Assembly: GCA_034004025.1 (NCBI GenBank)
Contig: JAVEXM010000004.1
Coordinates: forward strand, 1 to 59,441
Length of the DNA: 59,441 bases
Direction: 5' to 3'
Origin: Bacteroidales bacterium
Lineage (GTDB): Bacteria; Bacteroidota; Bacteroidia; Bacteroidales; VadinHA17
The position numbers were made by a program, and so were the translations under genes. Below the pieces are notes generated by a model that saw nothing but the letters and a program-made list of their open reading frames with translations, searched no databases and was not told the origin of the DNA. Positions 36,591 to 45,621 of the stretch are shown here, piece after piece (within the stretch, counting starts at the first letter, position 1; each line of letters starts with the position of its first letter).

Positions 36591-39500
36591 CCGGGCCGTA
36601 CCTCCCCGTAATACCTGTTGAGCTCCTGTGAGGCCCTCTCAGCCAGTGCCGGCATGCTGAGAGATATTGCCTTCCTGTAAACCTCGAGCAGTGCCTGAAG
36701 TGATACCGAAACGGTGTAATCAAGTCCGTAGCCCTTGTCGTCAGGCAGGGCAGCTATGAAGGAGAGCGATGCCAGGGCATTGTCAGTGATTGTGCCGAAC
36801 ATTTCCTCTGCCCTCTCCCTCTCTCCGGCCATGGCCAGCGCCTCGGCAAGCTCGATGCTGAAGTAATCGTAAGGCATCTTCTCCGGAGGAACAATGCTCA
36901 GCCCCTTCTCCGCTGCCGCCAGGGCCCTGACCGTGTCTCCCTCAAGGACCAGCGCTTTTGAGAGACGTGCGAACTGACGCCTGAAGACATCAAACAGCCT
37001 TCGGTTGTTCTCGTCAAGATAAACGCCTTCATCTCCGGCGTTACCCCACCTGAAACTGTTCATCATGTTATCATACATCTCCCTGGTATCAACCATGCCG
37101 GTCTCACCCGGTGCGGGAGGATCAATACTTATAGGACTGACCCTGTAGGCCATACCCTCGAGCACGAAGAATTCCTCGAGGCCGATATAGGTGGAACCCG
37201 GAACAGTAGTGGCATAATAGAGGGGCCGCACCCAGTTGTTGCCGGCCATGATGTCCATGACCGCGAGATCATCCTTGATGGCCATGGTACCCTTGAACTT
37301 CCAGATCATCGGTATCAGCATCCTGTCGGAATGCCATGGCCGTACGGCACCTGTTGCGAGCACGTGCGCCGAATCGACATCAACAATGAACTCCCTTACC
37401 GGGATGAAATTGAAGAAGTCGCCGCGGCCTGAGAGGTCAACCTTTGCCTTGGGATCATCCGATCCGGCAAACTCAACAACCTTGCCGATGGGCGTCGGCT
37501 CCTTGATGAGATCCTCAACGGGAAGCTGTACACGCTCACCCTCTATATATTTCTCGGGCGGCAGCGTGAAGGGCAGCGGATCGGACTCAAAGGCCTTACG
37601 GCTCATGGTCTCGATATAAAATCCGCTCTGCAGGTAACTGAGATTAGCAACGCGCACATCAGTGCGGAAACCCTCCACGTCCTGGATGTACCACAGAGGG
37701 AACGAATCATTGTCGCCGTAGGTCAGTAGAATGGCATTCTCGTCACACGACGAGAGGTAATTTGATGCTATATCCCTCGCCGTATACCTGTCAGACCGGT
37801 CATGGTCATCATAGTTTTCTGCTATCAGGAGGAGGGGTACCGCGGCCAGGAGCACAACAGAGGGGATCACCGCCGCGGGGTAATCCTTCATGAACCGCCT
37901 CATGATATCGAAAAAGAACATCACCCCCATGCCTATCCACATTGCCCAGGCATAAAACGACCCCGCGTAGGCATAGTCCCTCTCCCTTGGCTGGCTGGGA
38001 TTCTGGTTCAGATATGTGACGATTGCCAGTCCGGTCATGAGAAAGAGAAGCAGTACCAGCGAGAGCCCCTTCCTGTCTTTCCGGTACTGCCAGAAGAGAC
38101 CCGCCAGACCGGCCAGCAACGGCAGGAGATAATACCTGTTGTGTGCCGGGTTGTCAGTGTTCTCAGCCGGAAGCTGCGACTGGTCCCCGAGACGGGGATT
38201 GTCAATAAACGGTATGCCCGAGACCCAGTTGCCGTCCATGACATTGCCGTTACCCTGGATATCATTCTGGCGCCCTGACCAGTTCCACATGAAGTATCTC
38301 CCGTACATCACCCCCACCTGGTAGCGGAAGAAAAAACGGAGGTTCTCGCCGAACGATGGAAGGGTAACCTGCTCATTGCTGCCTCCCGACCTGACGGCCA
38401 CCCTCTGTCCTTTCACCTTTCCCCAGTATTCATACTGCCTTATATGATCGGCGTCGCTGCTGTACATCCTGGGGAACAGCGTCATGAAGCGCTTATCATA
38501 CTCGTATTCTGTGCTGTAGTAAGGCACATATCTGCCCTCCTTCTTGTTGTACCCGCCAATCTTTCTCTCAATGCCAACCACGGGGGCAGAATAATAGTGA
38601 CCGTAGACAAGCGGTGCACGGCCGTACTGCGTCCGGTTGATATAATAGATGAACGAGAATACATCGGAGGGATCATTCTGGTTCATGGGGGGATGCGCAT
38701 TCGCCCTGATGATGATGAGTGCGAACGACGAATAGCCGAGAAGGAGCACAGCAGCCACCGTCATCACCTGGTTCAGGATCACCTTCTTCTTCTTCAGGGA
38801 ATACCACAGGCCTCCGGCTGTCAGGCCTACGAGAAGCACCAGGTAGATGTACAGTCCGGAGTTGTAAGGCATCCCCAGCGCATTCACGAATAAGAGCTCA
38901 AACCATCCGGCCACCTTGGCCACCCCGGGAATAAAGAGGAAGTTAAGCACCCCCAGGATCAGAAAGCCCGCGACGGTGGCGTAGACAACACCCTTCGCCG
39001 TTACCCGGTATTTGCGGAAGTACCAGATGAGAACCAGCACCGGCAGCGCCAGCAGGTTAAGCAGGTGAACCCCGATGGAGAGACCCATCAGGTATGCTAT
39101 CAGTATTATCCATCTCCCGGCATGCGGGTCGTCAGCCTCATCGTACCAGCGCAGCATGGCCCAGAAGACCGCTGCGGTGAAGAGGGAACTGGTGGCATAG
39201 ACCTCCCCCTCCACTGCCGAGAACCAGAAGGTGTCGGAGAAGGCATAGGCCAGCGCACCCACAGCTGCCGAGGCCAGTATTGCAAGGGCCTTGCCTCCCC
39301 TGACATCCGTGCCGTCTCCGGTGGCCAGACGTATCAGCCTCGTGACACTCCAGAAGAGGAACAGTATTGTAAAGGCGCTTGCCAGTGCCGACATGATGTT
39401 TACCATCATTGCCACCTTCGATGTGTCACCGCCGGCAAAAAGGGTGAAGAAGCGGCCCAGGAGCAGGAAGAAGGGAGCACCGGGAGGATGACCCACCTCC

Positions 39501-39640
39501 AGCCGGTATGAACAGAGTATGAACTCGCCGCAGTCCCAGAAGCTGACAGTCGGTTCTATCGTCAGGAGGTAGACCAGGAGCGACACTGCAAAAAGTGCCC
39601 ATCCTGTTATGTTGTTCCATAGCCTGAAATCCTTTACCAT
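36587..39640 (-). CDS. DUF2723 (TMEM260-like) GT-C membrane glycosyltransferase
   Basis: SFWDCGEF, HPPGAP, FWFSAVEGEVYA, GVHLLNLL, RERDYAY and GDNDSFPLWY. Confidence 0.9.
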   Translation of the reverse strand: MVKDFRLWNNITGWALFAVSLLVYLLTIEPTVSFWDCGEFILCSYRLEVGHPPGAPFFLLLGRFFTLFAGGDTSKVAMMVNIMSALASAFTILFLFWSVTRLIRLATGDGTDVRGGKALAILASAAVGALAYAFSDTFWFSAVEGEVYATSSLFTAAVFWAMLRWYDEADDPHAGRWIILIAYLMGLSIGVHLLNLLALPVLVLIWYFRKYRVTAKGVVYATVAGFLILGVLNFLFIPGVAKVAGWFELLFVNALGMPYNSGLYIYLVLLVGLTAGGLWYSLKKKKVILNQVMTVAAVLLLGYSSFALIIIRANAHPPMNQNDPSDVFSFIYYINRTQYGRAPLVYGHYYSAPVVGIERKIGGYNKKEGRYVPYYSTEYEYDKRFMTLFPRMYSSDADHIRQYEYWGKVKGQRVAVRSGGSNEQVTLPSFGENLRFFFRYQVGVMYGRYFMWNWSGRQNDIQGNGNVMDGNWVSGIPFIDNPRLGDQSQLPAENTDNPAHNRYYLLPLLAGLAGLFWQYRKDRKGLSLVLLLFLMTGLAIVTYLNQNPSQPRERDYAYAGSFYAWAMWIGMGVMFFFDIMRRFMKDYPAAVIPSVVLLAAVPLLLIAENYDDHDRSDRYTARDIASNYLSSCDENAILLTYGDNDSFPLWYIQDVEGFRTDVRVANLSYLQSGFYIETMSRKAFESDPLPFTLPPEKYIEGERVQLPVEDLIKEPTPIGKVVEFAGSDDPKAKVDLSGRGDFFNFIPVREFIVDVDSAHVLATGAVRPWHSDRMLIPMIWKFKGTMAIKDDLAVMDIMAGNNWVRPLYYATTVPGSTYIGLEEFFVLEGMAYRVSPISIDPPAPGETGMVDTREMYDNMMNSFRWGNAGDEGVYLDENNRRLFDVFRRQFARLSKALVLEGDTVRALAAAEKGLSIVPPEKMPYDYFSIELAEALAMAGERERAEEMFGTITDNALASLSFIAALPDDKGYGLDYTVSVSLQALLEVYRKAISLSMPALAERASQELNRYYGEVRPG

Positions 39641-39649
39641 ATCGTTATT

Positions 39650-40162
39650 CTATTTGTCTTCAGTTATAAACCTCCACGGCATGCTCACCCACGGCTCTCC
39701 GGCATAGTCGATGCCCACGCGGGGGAGTGCCCTCAGCAACGGTCTGCGGCCTGTATTCTCCAGCCAGATGCGTGCAGAGGTGGTCAGGTCCTCCCCGTTG
39801 AATGAGCCGTCAATGCCCAACGCCCGGGTAACACGTCCGGGACCGGAGACGGATGCCACGCCCCTGATAAGAACAGCCTGCGGCTCCTCAGCCTTTCCCG
39901 TCACTATGTTCATCATCCAGTGCATTCCATAGATAAAATAGATATAGAGAAGCCCTCCTTCCATGTACATCACCCCGGTACGCCCCGTTCTTCCCTTGCT
40001 GGCATGACAGGCCCTGTCTTCCTCACCCAGATAGGCTTCAGTCTCGGTTATCATGTACCGGCCGGAGTGATCTCCCGCTCCGATGACGATATCCATCCCC
40101 GGAAGCATCCTGGCTACGCTCACCGCATCCCCGGCGAAGAATGATCTCTCTGTCCGTGGCAT
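39650..40162 (-). CDS. DNA-3-methyladenine glycosylase (MPG/AAG family)
   Basis: ITETEAY, DRACHA, YIYFIYGMH, AVLIR, GPGR and PRVGI..WRF. Confidence 0.93.
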   Translation of the reverse strand: MPRTERSFFAGDAVSVARMLPGMDIVIGAGDHSGRYMITETEAYLGEEDRACHASKGRTGRTGVMYMEGGLLYIYFIYGMHWMMNIVTGKAEEPQAVLIRGVASVSGPGRVTRALGIDGSFNGEDLTTSARIWLENTGRRPLLRALPRVGIDYAGEPWVSMPWRFITEDK

Positions 40163-40171
40163 CGAGGCTGA

Positions 40172-40651
40172 TCAGTATCTTACCTTATCAGGGTACTCCT
40201 CCCACTTCCTCAGCACATTGTCACCCTGGTCCCGTAGTCCGCGCTCCATGACAATACTCCTCTCGCTGTTGTCAAGCGCCAGCTCGTTGTATATCTTTTC
40301 ATCATCAAACCCTGCAGCTGCAGCCCGGTGGCGGTCAGAGGCGTAGACCACCCTTCTTATGCCCGCCCAGTATATGGCTCCAAGGCACATGGGGCAAGGC
40401 TCGCATGATGCATACAGCACACATTCGCCCAGATCATGAGTGCCCAGCAGGGCGGAAGCCTGCCGGATAGCTTCGATCTCGGCATGGGCCGTGGGGTCAT
40501 GTGAGGGCACCACCATATTTCCTGCACGGGCCACAATACGCCCGTTGTATGCTATCACCGCACCAAAGGGCCCGCCGCCCTCGCCGATGTTCCTGTAGGC
40601 GGTATCTATCGCCAGCTCAAGATATTCCCGATCTATGCTCTTAAGTGTCAT
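40172..40651 (-). CDS. Zn-dependent nucleoside/guanine deaminase (GuaD-like)
   Basis: GGPFGAVI, DPTAHAE, SCEPCPMC, AIYWA and GFDD. Confidence 0.9.
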   Translation of the reverse strand: MTLKSIDREYLELAIDTAYRNIGEGGGPFGAVIAYNGRIVARAGNMVVPSHDPTAHAEIEAIRQASALLGTHDLGECVLYASCEPCPMCLGAIYWAGIRRVVYASDRHRAAAAGFDDEKIYNELALDNSERSIVMERGLRDQGDNVLRKWEEYPDKVRY

Positions 40652-40809
40652 CTCTGAATTGTGTGAAAACTAACAACGTGTAAAAATAAGAAAAGTATGG
40701 AGCTACGGTAATTGAACAGTTACTATTGTCCCGTTAAACCTCTCTTTGACAGTTTGAACCCCGGGGAAAATTAAAAGTACAACATATTGCTCAGAATAAA
40801 AATAAGTTG

Positions 40810-40837
40810 TATTTTTGCAGACCCCAAAAACGGGGTT
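40810..40837 (+). promoter_or_regulatory. rplM promoter -7 element and 5' leader hairpin
   Basis: TATTTTTG at 40810-40817, then GACCCC-AAAAAC-GGGGTT hairpin at 40820-40837. Confidence 0.6.
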
Positions 40838-40880
40838 TTTATTTTGAATTTATATTAATTACCAAAACCTTAGTACCAAA

Positions 40881-41336
40881 GTGAACACCTTAAGCTACAA
40901 GACAGTATCAGCCAACAAGGCGACTGTTGACAAAGAGTGGGTACTTGTAGATGCGGAGGGTCAGACGCTCGGACGCCTGGCATCTGTTGTTGCCCTGATG
41001 CTGAGGGGGAAGCACAAAACCAGCTTCACACCTCATGTTGACTGTGGCGACAACGTTATCGTCATCAACGCAGAGAAGATCACGATGACAGGAGCAAAGA
41101 TGACAGACAAGGAGTACATCAGGCATACGGGTTACCCCGGAGGCCAGAGGATCGTCAAGGCTGACGAGCTGATGAAGAAGCACCCTACACGGATGATTGA
41201 ATACGCCGTCAAGGGCATGCTCCCGAAAAACAGGCTAGGAAGCGCCATCTTCAGGAACCTTTATGTGTATGAGGGCCCGGAACACAAACATGAGGCCCAG
41301 CAACCCAAACTAATCGATTTAAAAACCATTAAGTAA
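40881..41336 (+). CDS. rplM: 50S ribosomal protein L13
   Basis: GTG start; LGRLAS, TPHVDCGD, HTGYPGG and KGMLPKN. Confidence 0.99.
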   Translation: MNTLSYKTVSANKATVDKEWVLVDAEGQTLGRLASVVALMLRGKHKTSFTPHVDCGDNVIVINAEKITMTGAKMTDKEYIRHTGYPGGQRIVKADELMKKHPTRMIEYAVKGMLPKNRLGSAIFRNLYVYEGPEHKHEAQQPKLIDLKTIK

Positions 41337-41341
41337 GAAAC

Positions 41342-41728
41342 ATGGAAGTTATCAACGCTATCGGAAGACGAAAGGCAGCGGTCGCCAGGGTTTACCTCAG
41401 CGACGGTAAGGGTCAGATTACAATCAACGACCGGGAGTACAAGCAGTATTTTCCGGACGAGATCCTTCAGTATGTTGTCCTTCAGCCACTTAACCTTCTT
41501 GAGGTTGCCGACAAATATGACATCAGTGTCACTCTTGACGGCGGCGGATTCAAAGGTCAGGCAGAGGCGGTACGTCTGGGGATTTCCAGGGCTCTGATCA
41601 AGATTGATCCGGAGTACAAGCCGAAGCTGAAAGCTGAAGGCTTCACCACCCGTGATCCGCGCGAGGTAGAGAGAAAGAAGCCCGGCAGACCCAAGGCACG
41701 CAAGAGATTCCAGTTCAGCAAGCGTTAG
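41342..41728 (+). CDS. rpsI: 30S ribosomal protein S9
   Basis: GRRKAAVARV, GGGFKGQA and ERKKPGRPKARKRFQFSKR. Confidence 0.99.
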   Translation: MEVINAIGRRKAAVARVYLSDGKGQITINDREYKQYFPDEILQYVVLQPLNLLEVADKYDISVTLDGGGFKGQAEAVRLGISRALIKIDPEYKPKLKAEGFTTRDPREVERKKPGRPKARKRFQFSKR

Positions 41729-41758
41729 GAGTTCAACAGCAATTTATCATAGATGCAG

Positions 41759-41827
41759 GTTTAGTATCTAAATTGCATTGACTTCCCGCGAGGAACTACT
41801 CTGCAATTGACTTCACAGAACGTAAAC
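41759..41827 (+). promoter_or_regulatory. Structured rpsB leader (candidate S2 autoregulatory element)
   Basis: Nested pairings GTTTA/TAAAC, AATTGCA/TGCAATT and TTCC/GGAA. Confidence 0.55.
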
Positions 41828-41845
41828 TTAACAATCACTATCAAA

Positions 41846-42718
41846 ATGTCAAGAACCAATTTTAAAGAATTACTTGATGCCGGAGCACACTTCGGGCACC
41901 TGAAGCGAAAGTGGAACCCTGGTATGGCTCCCTATATTTTCATGGAGCGCAACGGCATTCACATCATCGACCTTGAGAAGACCATAATCAAAATTGACGA
42001 GGCGGCAGCTGCCATGAAGCAGATAGCCAAGTCGGGGCGCAAGGTGCTCTTCGTCGCAACAAAAAAGCAGGCAAAAGATATCGTCGCCGAGAAGGTGGGA
42101 GCGGTGAACATGCCGTTCGTGACCGAGAGATGGCCGGGAGGAATGCTCACCAATTTCCCCACCATACGCAAAGCGGTCAAGAAAATGGGATCGATAGACA
42201 AGATGGCCGTAGACGGAACATTCGACAACCTCTCAAAAAGAGAGAGGCTGCAGATTACACGCCAGAGAGCCAAGCTTGAAAAGAACCTCGGCTCCATAGC
42301 CGACATGACCAGGCAGCCTTCAGCGCTGTTCGTGGTTGACGTTGTCAAGGAAAAAATAGCCGTGCATGAGGCCAAAAGACTGGGTATACCCGTCTTTGCC
42401 ATGGTTGATACCAACTCAGACCCATCCGATATAGACTTTGTGATACCTGCCAATGACGATGCGGCAAAATCCATCTCACTGGTGATTGACCTCATGTGCA
42501 AAGCCATTGCGGAAGGACTCGAGGAGCGCAAGTCAGAGAAAGACAAGGACAGCACCTCCGGAGATAAGGAGGAGGCTCCCGCGGGAACAGGCAGGCGCAG
42601 GTTCACTGCCGTAGATTACGTTGAGGAAAAAGCAGGGGTGGCAGATGAAGAGGAGCCGGTAGCCGAGGCTGCAGCAGACGAAACAGCTGATGCAGAGACG
42701 ACCGCAGAGGAGGAATAA
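41846..42718 (+). CDS. rpsB: 30S ribosomal protein S2 with acidic C-terminal tail
   Basis: ATG 41846 preferred over TTG 41807; AGAHFGH, WNP.M, RWPGGMLTN and IPANDDA. Confidence 0.99.
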   Translation: MSRTNFKELLDAGAHFGHLKRKWNPGMAPYIFMERNGIHIIDLEKTIIKIDEAAAAMKQIAKSGRKVLFVATKKQAKDIVAEKVGAVNMPFVTERWPGGMLTNFPTIRKAVKKMGSIDKMAVDGTFDNLSKRERLQITRQRAKLEKNLGSIADMTRQPSALFVVDVVKEKIAVHEAKRLGIPVFAMVDTNSDPSDIDFVIPANDDAAKSISLVIDLMCKAIAEGLEERKSEKDKDSTSGDKEEAPAGTGRRRFTAVDYVEEKAGVADEEEPVAEAAADETADAETTAEEE

Positions 42719-42748
42719 TTATTTCAACCATTAAAAAGATTTAATACT

Positions 42749-43579
42749 ATGTCAAATATTAGCGCTGCCGATGTCGCCAAACTGAGAAGGATGACAGGCG
42801 CCGGCATGATGGACTGCAAAAAAGCCCTCGAAGAAGCGCAGGGCGACTTCGAAAAAGCACAGGAACTGATACGCAAGAGAGGCCAGGCAATAGCCAACAA
42901 GCGCGCCGACCGCGAAGCAACAGAAGGAGTCGTACTGGCAAAAACAACCGCTGACGGCACCAGGGGCATGATGACCGCCCTCAACTGCGAGACCGATTTC
43001 GTGGCCAAAAACGCTGACTTCATAGCTCTCAGCCATAAGATTATCGATACCGCACTGAGCAGTAACCCTGCTGACCTCGAAGCATTGAAGGAGACCGTCG
43101 CCGACGGAAAGAAAATATCCGACCTGGTGCTAGAAAACAGCGGCATCACCGGTGAGAAATTTGAGCTTTCTTTCTTCAGCAAGATAGAAGCAGCAGCCGT
43201 CCAGGCTTATATCCACCAGGGTAACATGCTTGCCACTCTCGTCGGTTTCAATAAGGCCGGCATCGATCAGCAGGTCTACAAGGATGTGGCCATGCAGGTG
43301 GCTGCCATGAACCCCGTCTCCGTTGACAAGAACGACGTACCTGAGAAAATTCTTGCTCAGGAGCTCGATATAGCAAAGGATCAGGCCAGACGCGAAGGCA
43401 AGCCCGAAGAGATGCTTGAAAAGATTGCCCAGGGCAAACTTAACAAGTTCTTCAAGGAGAGCACCCTGCTGAACCAGGAGTTCATCAAGGATAACAAGCT
43501 CACTATAAGACAGTATCTGCAGAGTAAGGACAAAGATCTTACGGTCACCGGATTCGTTCGTTTCACTCTGAACACCTGA
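42749..43579 (+). CDS. tsf: Elongation factor Ts
   Basis: LRRMTGAGMMDCKKAL, NCETDFVA and AMQVAAM. Confidence 0.99.
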   Translation: MSNISAADVAKLRRMTGAGMMDCKKALEEAQGDFEKAQELIRKRGQAIANKRADREATEGVVLAKTTADGTRGMMTALNCETDFVAKNADFIALSHKIIDTALSSNPADLEALKETVADGKKISDLVLENSGITGEKFELSFFSKIEAAAVQAYIHQGNMLATLVGFNKAGIDQQVYKDVAMQVAAMNPVSVDKNDVPEKILAQELDIAKDQARREGKPEEMLEKIAQGKLNKFFKESTLLNQEFIKDNKLTIRQYLQSKDKDLTVTGFVRFTLNT

Positions 43580-43619
43580 CCCCCGGGAAGAGACAGGATT
43601 ACCCTTCCGGGTAATTCAT

Positions 43620-43658
43620 AAAGCAAAGACGCCACAACCGGGCGTCTTTGCTTTTTTT
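43620..43658 (+). terminator. Intrinsic terminator after tsf
   Basis: AAAGCAAAGACGCC-acaaccg-GGCGTCTTTGCTTT followed by a T run. Confidence 0.9.
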
Positions 43659-43713
43659 ATTGACCCAAACCTTAAAAATTAGTAACTTGTACCGCTAATA
43701 ATATTGTCGCCTT

Positions 43714-43920
43714 ATGAAAAAAAACATCGGTAAAACGGACATGATCGTACGCCTTGTATTGGCAGCAGTGCTCCTGATCCTCTATTTTGTCATTAATGCG
43801 AAGATACTCGGACTGATCTTCATCATTCTTGCCATCATCCTGGCTCTCACCGCACTGACAGGAACCTGCCCAATCTATTATCTCTTCAGGACAGACACCC
43901 TGGAGAAGAAAAAGGAGTAA
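43714..43920 (+). CDS. DUF2892 (YgaP-like) small membrane protein
   Basis: MKKNIG..D..VR, two TM segments and G.CPIY. Confidence 0.88.
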   Translation: MKKNIGKTDMIVRLVLAAVLLILYFVINAKILGLIFIILAIILALTALTGTCPIYYLFRTDTLEKKKE

Positions 43921-44145
43921 GCTGTTGCTTTAAAGGTTCTGGACTGATGCAGCAATGCCCGGAGAGGCTTTGCTGCATTTTTTATTGATGTCATAGCTGA
44001 CGGGCACAATTTTTGCTAATTTCGTTACCATCATATTAACAGATCGTTGTAATGAAACTTGCATGAGCAGTAACCCGTAAAAGAAAATGATTTTTTGACT
44101 ACATGTAAGTTCCATTCGACCAATCAAATAATAATAAATAATTGA

Positions 44146-44853
44146 ATGAAATACAATAGGATACTTCTGAAGCTCAGCGGCGAGTCGGCCGGCGGCCCTG
44201 ACGGCACCGGCATCGATGCCGGAGTGCTGACTGCATATGCACAACAGATAAAGAGCGTGGTGTCACTGGGATGCCAGGTTGCCGTTGTCATCGGCGGAGG
44301 AAATATCTTCCGCGGCCTTGGCAGCAGCGGCGAAGGTTATGACCGCGTCAAGGGCGATCAGATGGGTATGCTTGCCACCGTCATCAACAGTCTTGCACTG
44401 GAGAGCTTCCTCACCAGGAGCGGATGCAGCGCAAAGGTCTTCACATCAATACGCATGGAACCCGTCGGAGAACTCTATGCCCGTGACAAAGTCAGGTCAG
44501 CCCTCGAATGCGGATGCGTATCCATCCTGGCAGGCGGTACCGGCAATCCTTTCTTTACCACTGACACCGCAGCCGCACTGCGCGCCGTGGAACTGAACTG
44601 CGATGTGCTGCTCAAAGGCACCAGGGTGGATGGCGTCTATACCGCTGACCCGGAGAAAGACCCTTCGGCGGTAAGATATGAGACACTTACCTTCGCCGAG
44701 GCACTTGAGAAAAAACTCAGGGTGATGGACCAGACCGCCTTCGCAATGTGCAGCGAGAACGACATGCCTGTTATCGTCTTTGATATGAACAGGGAGGGAA
44801 ACCTCCAGGCGGTCGTCAGCGGCAGCAGGCAGGGTACCCTCATTACTCCCTGA
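44146..44853 (+). CDS. pyrH: UMP kinase
   Basis: LLKLSGE, IGGGNIFRG, DQMGMLAT, GTGNPFFTTD and VDGVY. Confidence 0.98.
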   Translation: MKYNRILLKLSGESAGGPDGTGIDAGVLTAYAQQIKSVVSLGCQVAVVIGGGNIFRGLGSSGEGYDRVKGDQMGMLATVINSLALESFLTRSGCSAKVFTSIRMEPVGELYARDKVRSALECGCVSILAGGTGNPFFTTDTAAALRAVELNCDVLLKGTRVDGVYTADPEKDPSAVRYETLTFAEALEKKLRVMDQTAFAMCSENDMPVIVFDMNREGNLQAVVSGSRQGTLITP

Positions 44854-44868
44854 AAAAATTATTTTAAT

Positions 44869-44876
44869 TACATTTG
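44869..44876 (+). promoter_or_regulatory. Sigma-A -7 element for frr
   Basis: TACATTTG about 25 nt upstream of the frr ATG. Confidence 0.55.
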
Positions 44877-44901
44877 CCTAATCAGGAACAATACCAAAAT
44901 A

Positions 44902-45465
44902 ATGACTGACGAACTGGAACTGATAAGAGATGAAGCCGATGAGAGGATGGAAAAGTCCATCAGGCATCTCGAATACGAACTGTCGCACCTCCGTGCCGGA
45001 CGGGCCAATCCCCTTCTGCTTGACGGTATTAACATCGACTACTACGGAACCAGCACCCCTCTGGCGCAGGTCTCCAACATCAACACCCCCGACGCTAAGA
45101 GCATCATCATCCAGCCCTGGGAGAAATCCATGCTGGGAGTGATCGAGAAGGCAATACTGGCCGCAAATATCGGTATGACGCCCATGAATAATGGTGAAGT
45201 CATTCGCATCAATGTGCCGCCGCTTACCGAAGAACGCCGTCACCAGCTTGTCAAACAGGTGAAACAGGAGGGCGAGACAGCCAGGATCAGCATAAGGTCC
45301 AGCCGAAAATGGTTCCTCGATGAACTTAAAAACCTTGAAAAGGAGGGACTGCCTGAAGACGAGGAGAAAAATGGTCAGAAGATCATCCAGGAAATAACCG
45401 ACAAGCATATAGCCAGGGTTGACAAGATCATTGAGGTCAAGGAAAAAGAGATTCTGACGGTCTGA
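44902..45465 (+). CDS. frr: Ribosome recycling factor
   Basis: RAGRA, YYGT.TPL, IQPWEK, PPLTEERR and KEKEILTV; follows pyrH. Confidence 0.98.
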   Translation: MTDELELIRDEADERMEKSIRHLEYELSHLRAGRANPLLLDGINIDYYGTSTPLAQVSNINTPDAKSIIIQPWEKSMLGVIEKAILAANIGMTPMNNGEVIRINVPPLTEERRHQLVKQVKQEGETARISIRSSRKWFLDELKNLEKEGLPEDEEKNGQKIIQEITDKHIARVDKIIEVKEKEILTV

Positions 45466-45621
45466 AAGAGGTCCGGCAACAGGTGACGCTGAACCTTATC
45501 CTCTGCCATCCATTGATCGCCATCCTGCCTCTCAGATAAATCAATACGCATCTTACCTGCCTGGCTTCGCCGTCACCCATCCCCCAACAGAAATGATCAG
45601 CCGGCAACAGGCTGCTCTCAT

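Noticed and set aside
42530..42718. Acidic low-complexity tail of S2
   Set aside because: Such tails are common in Bacteroidota S2 proteins.
43930..44244. 104-aa minus-strand ORF
   Set aside because: Overlaps the pyrH start and leader in antisense; no motif.
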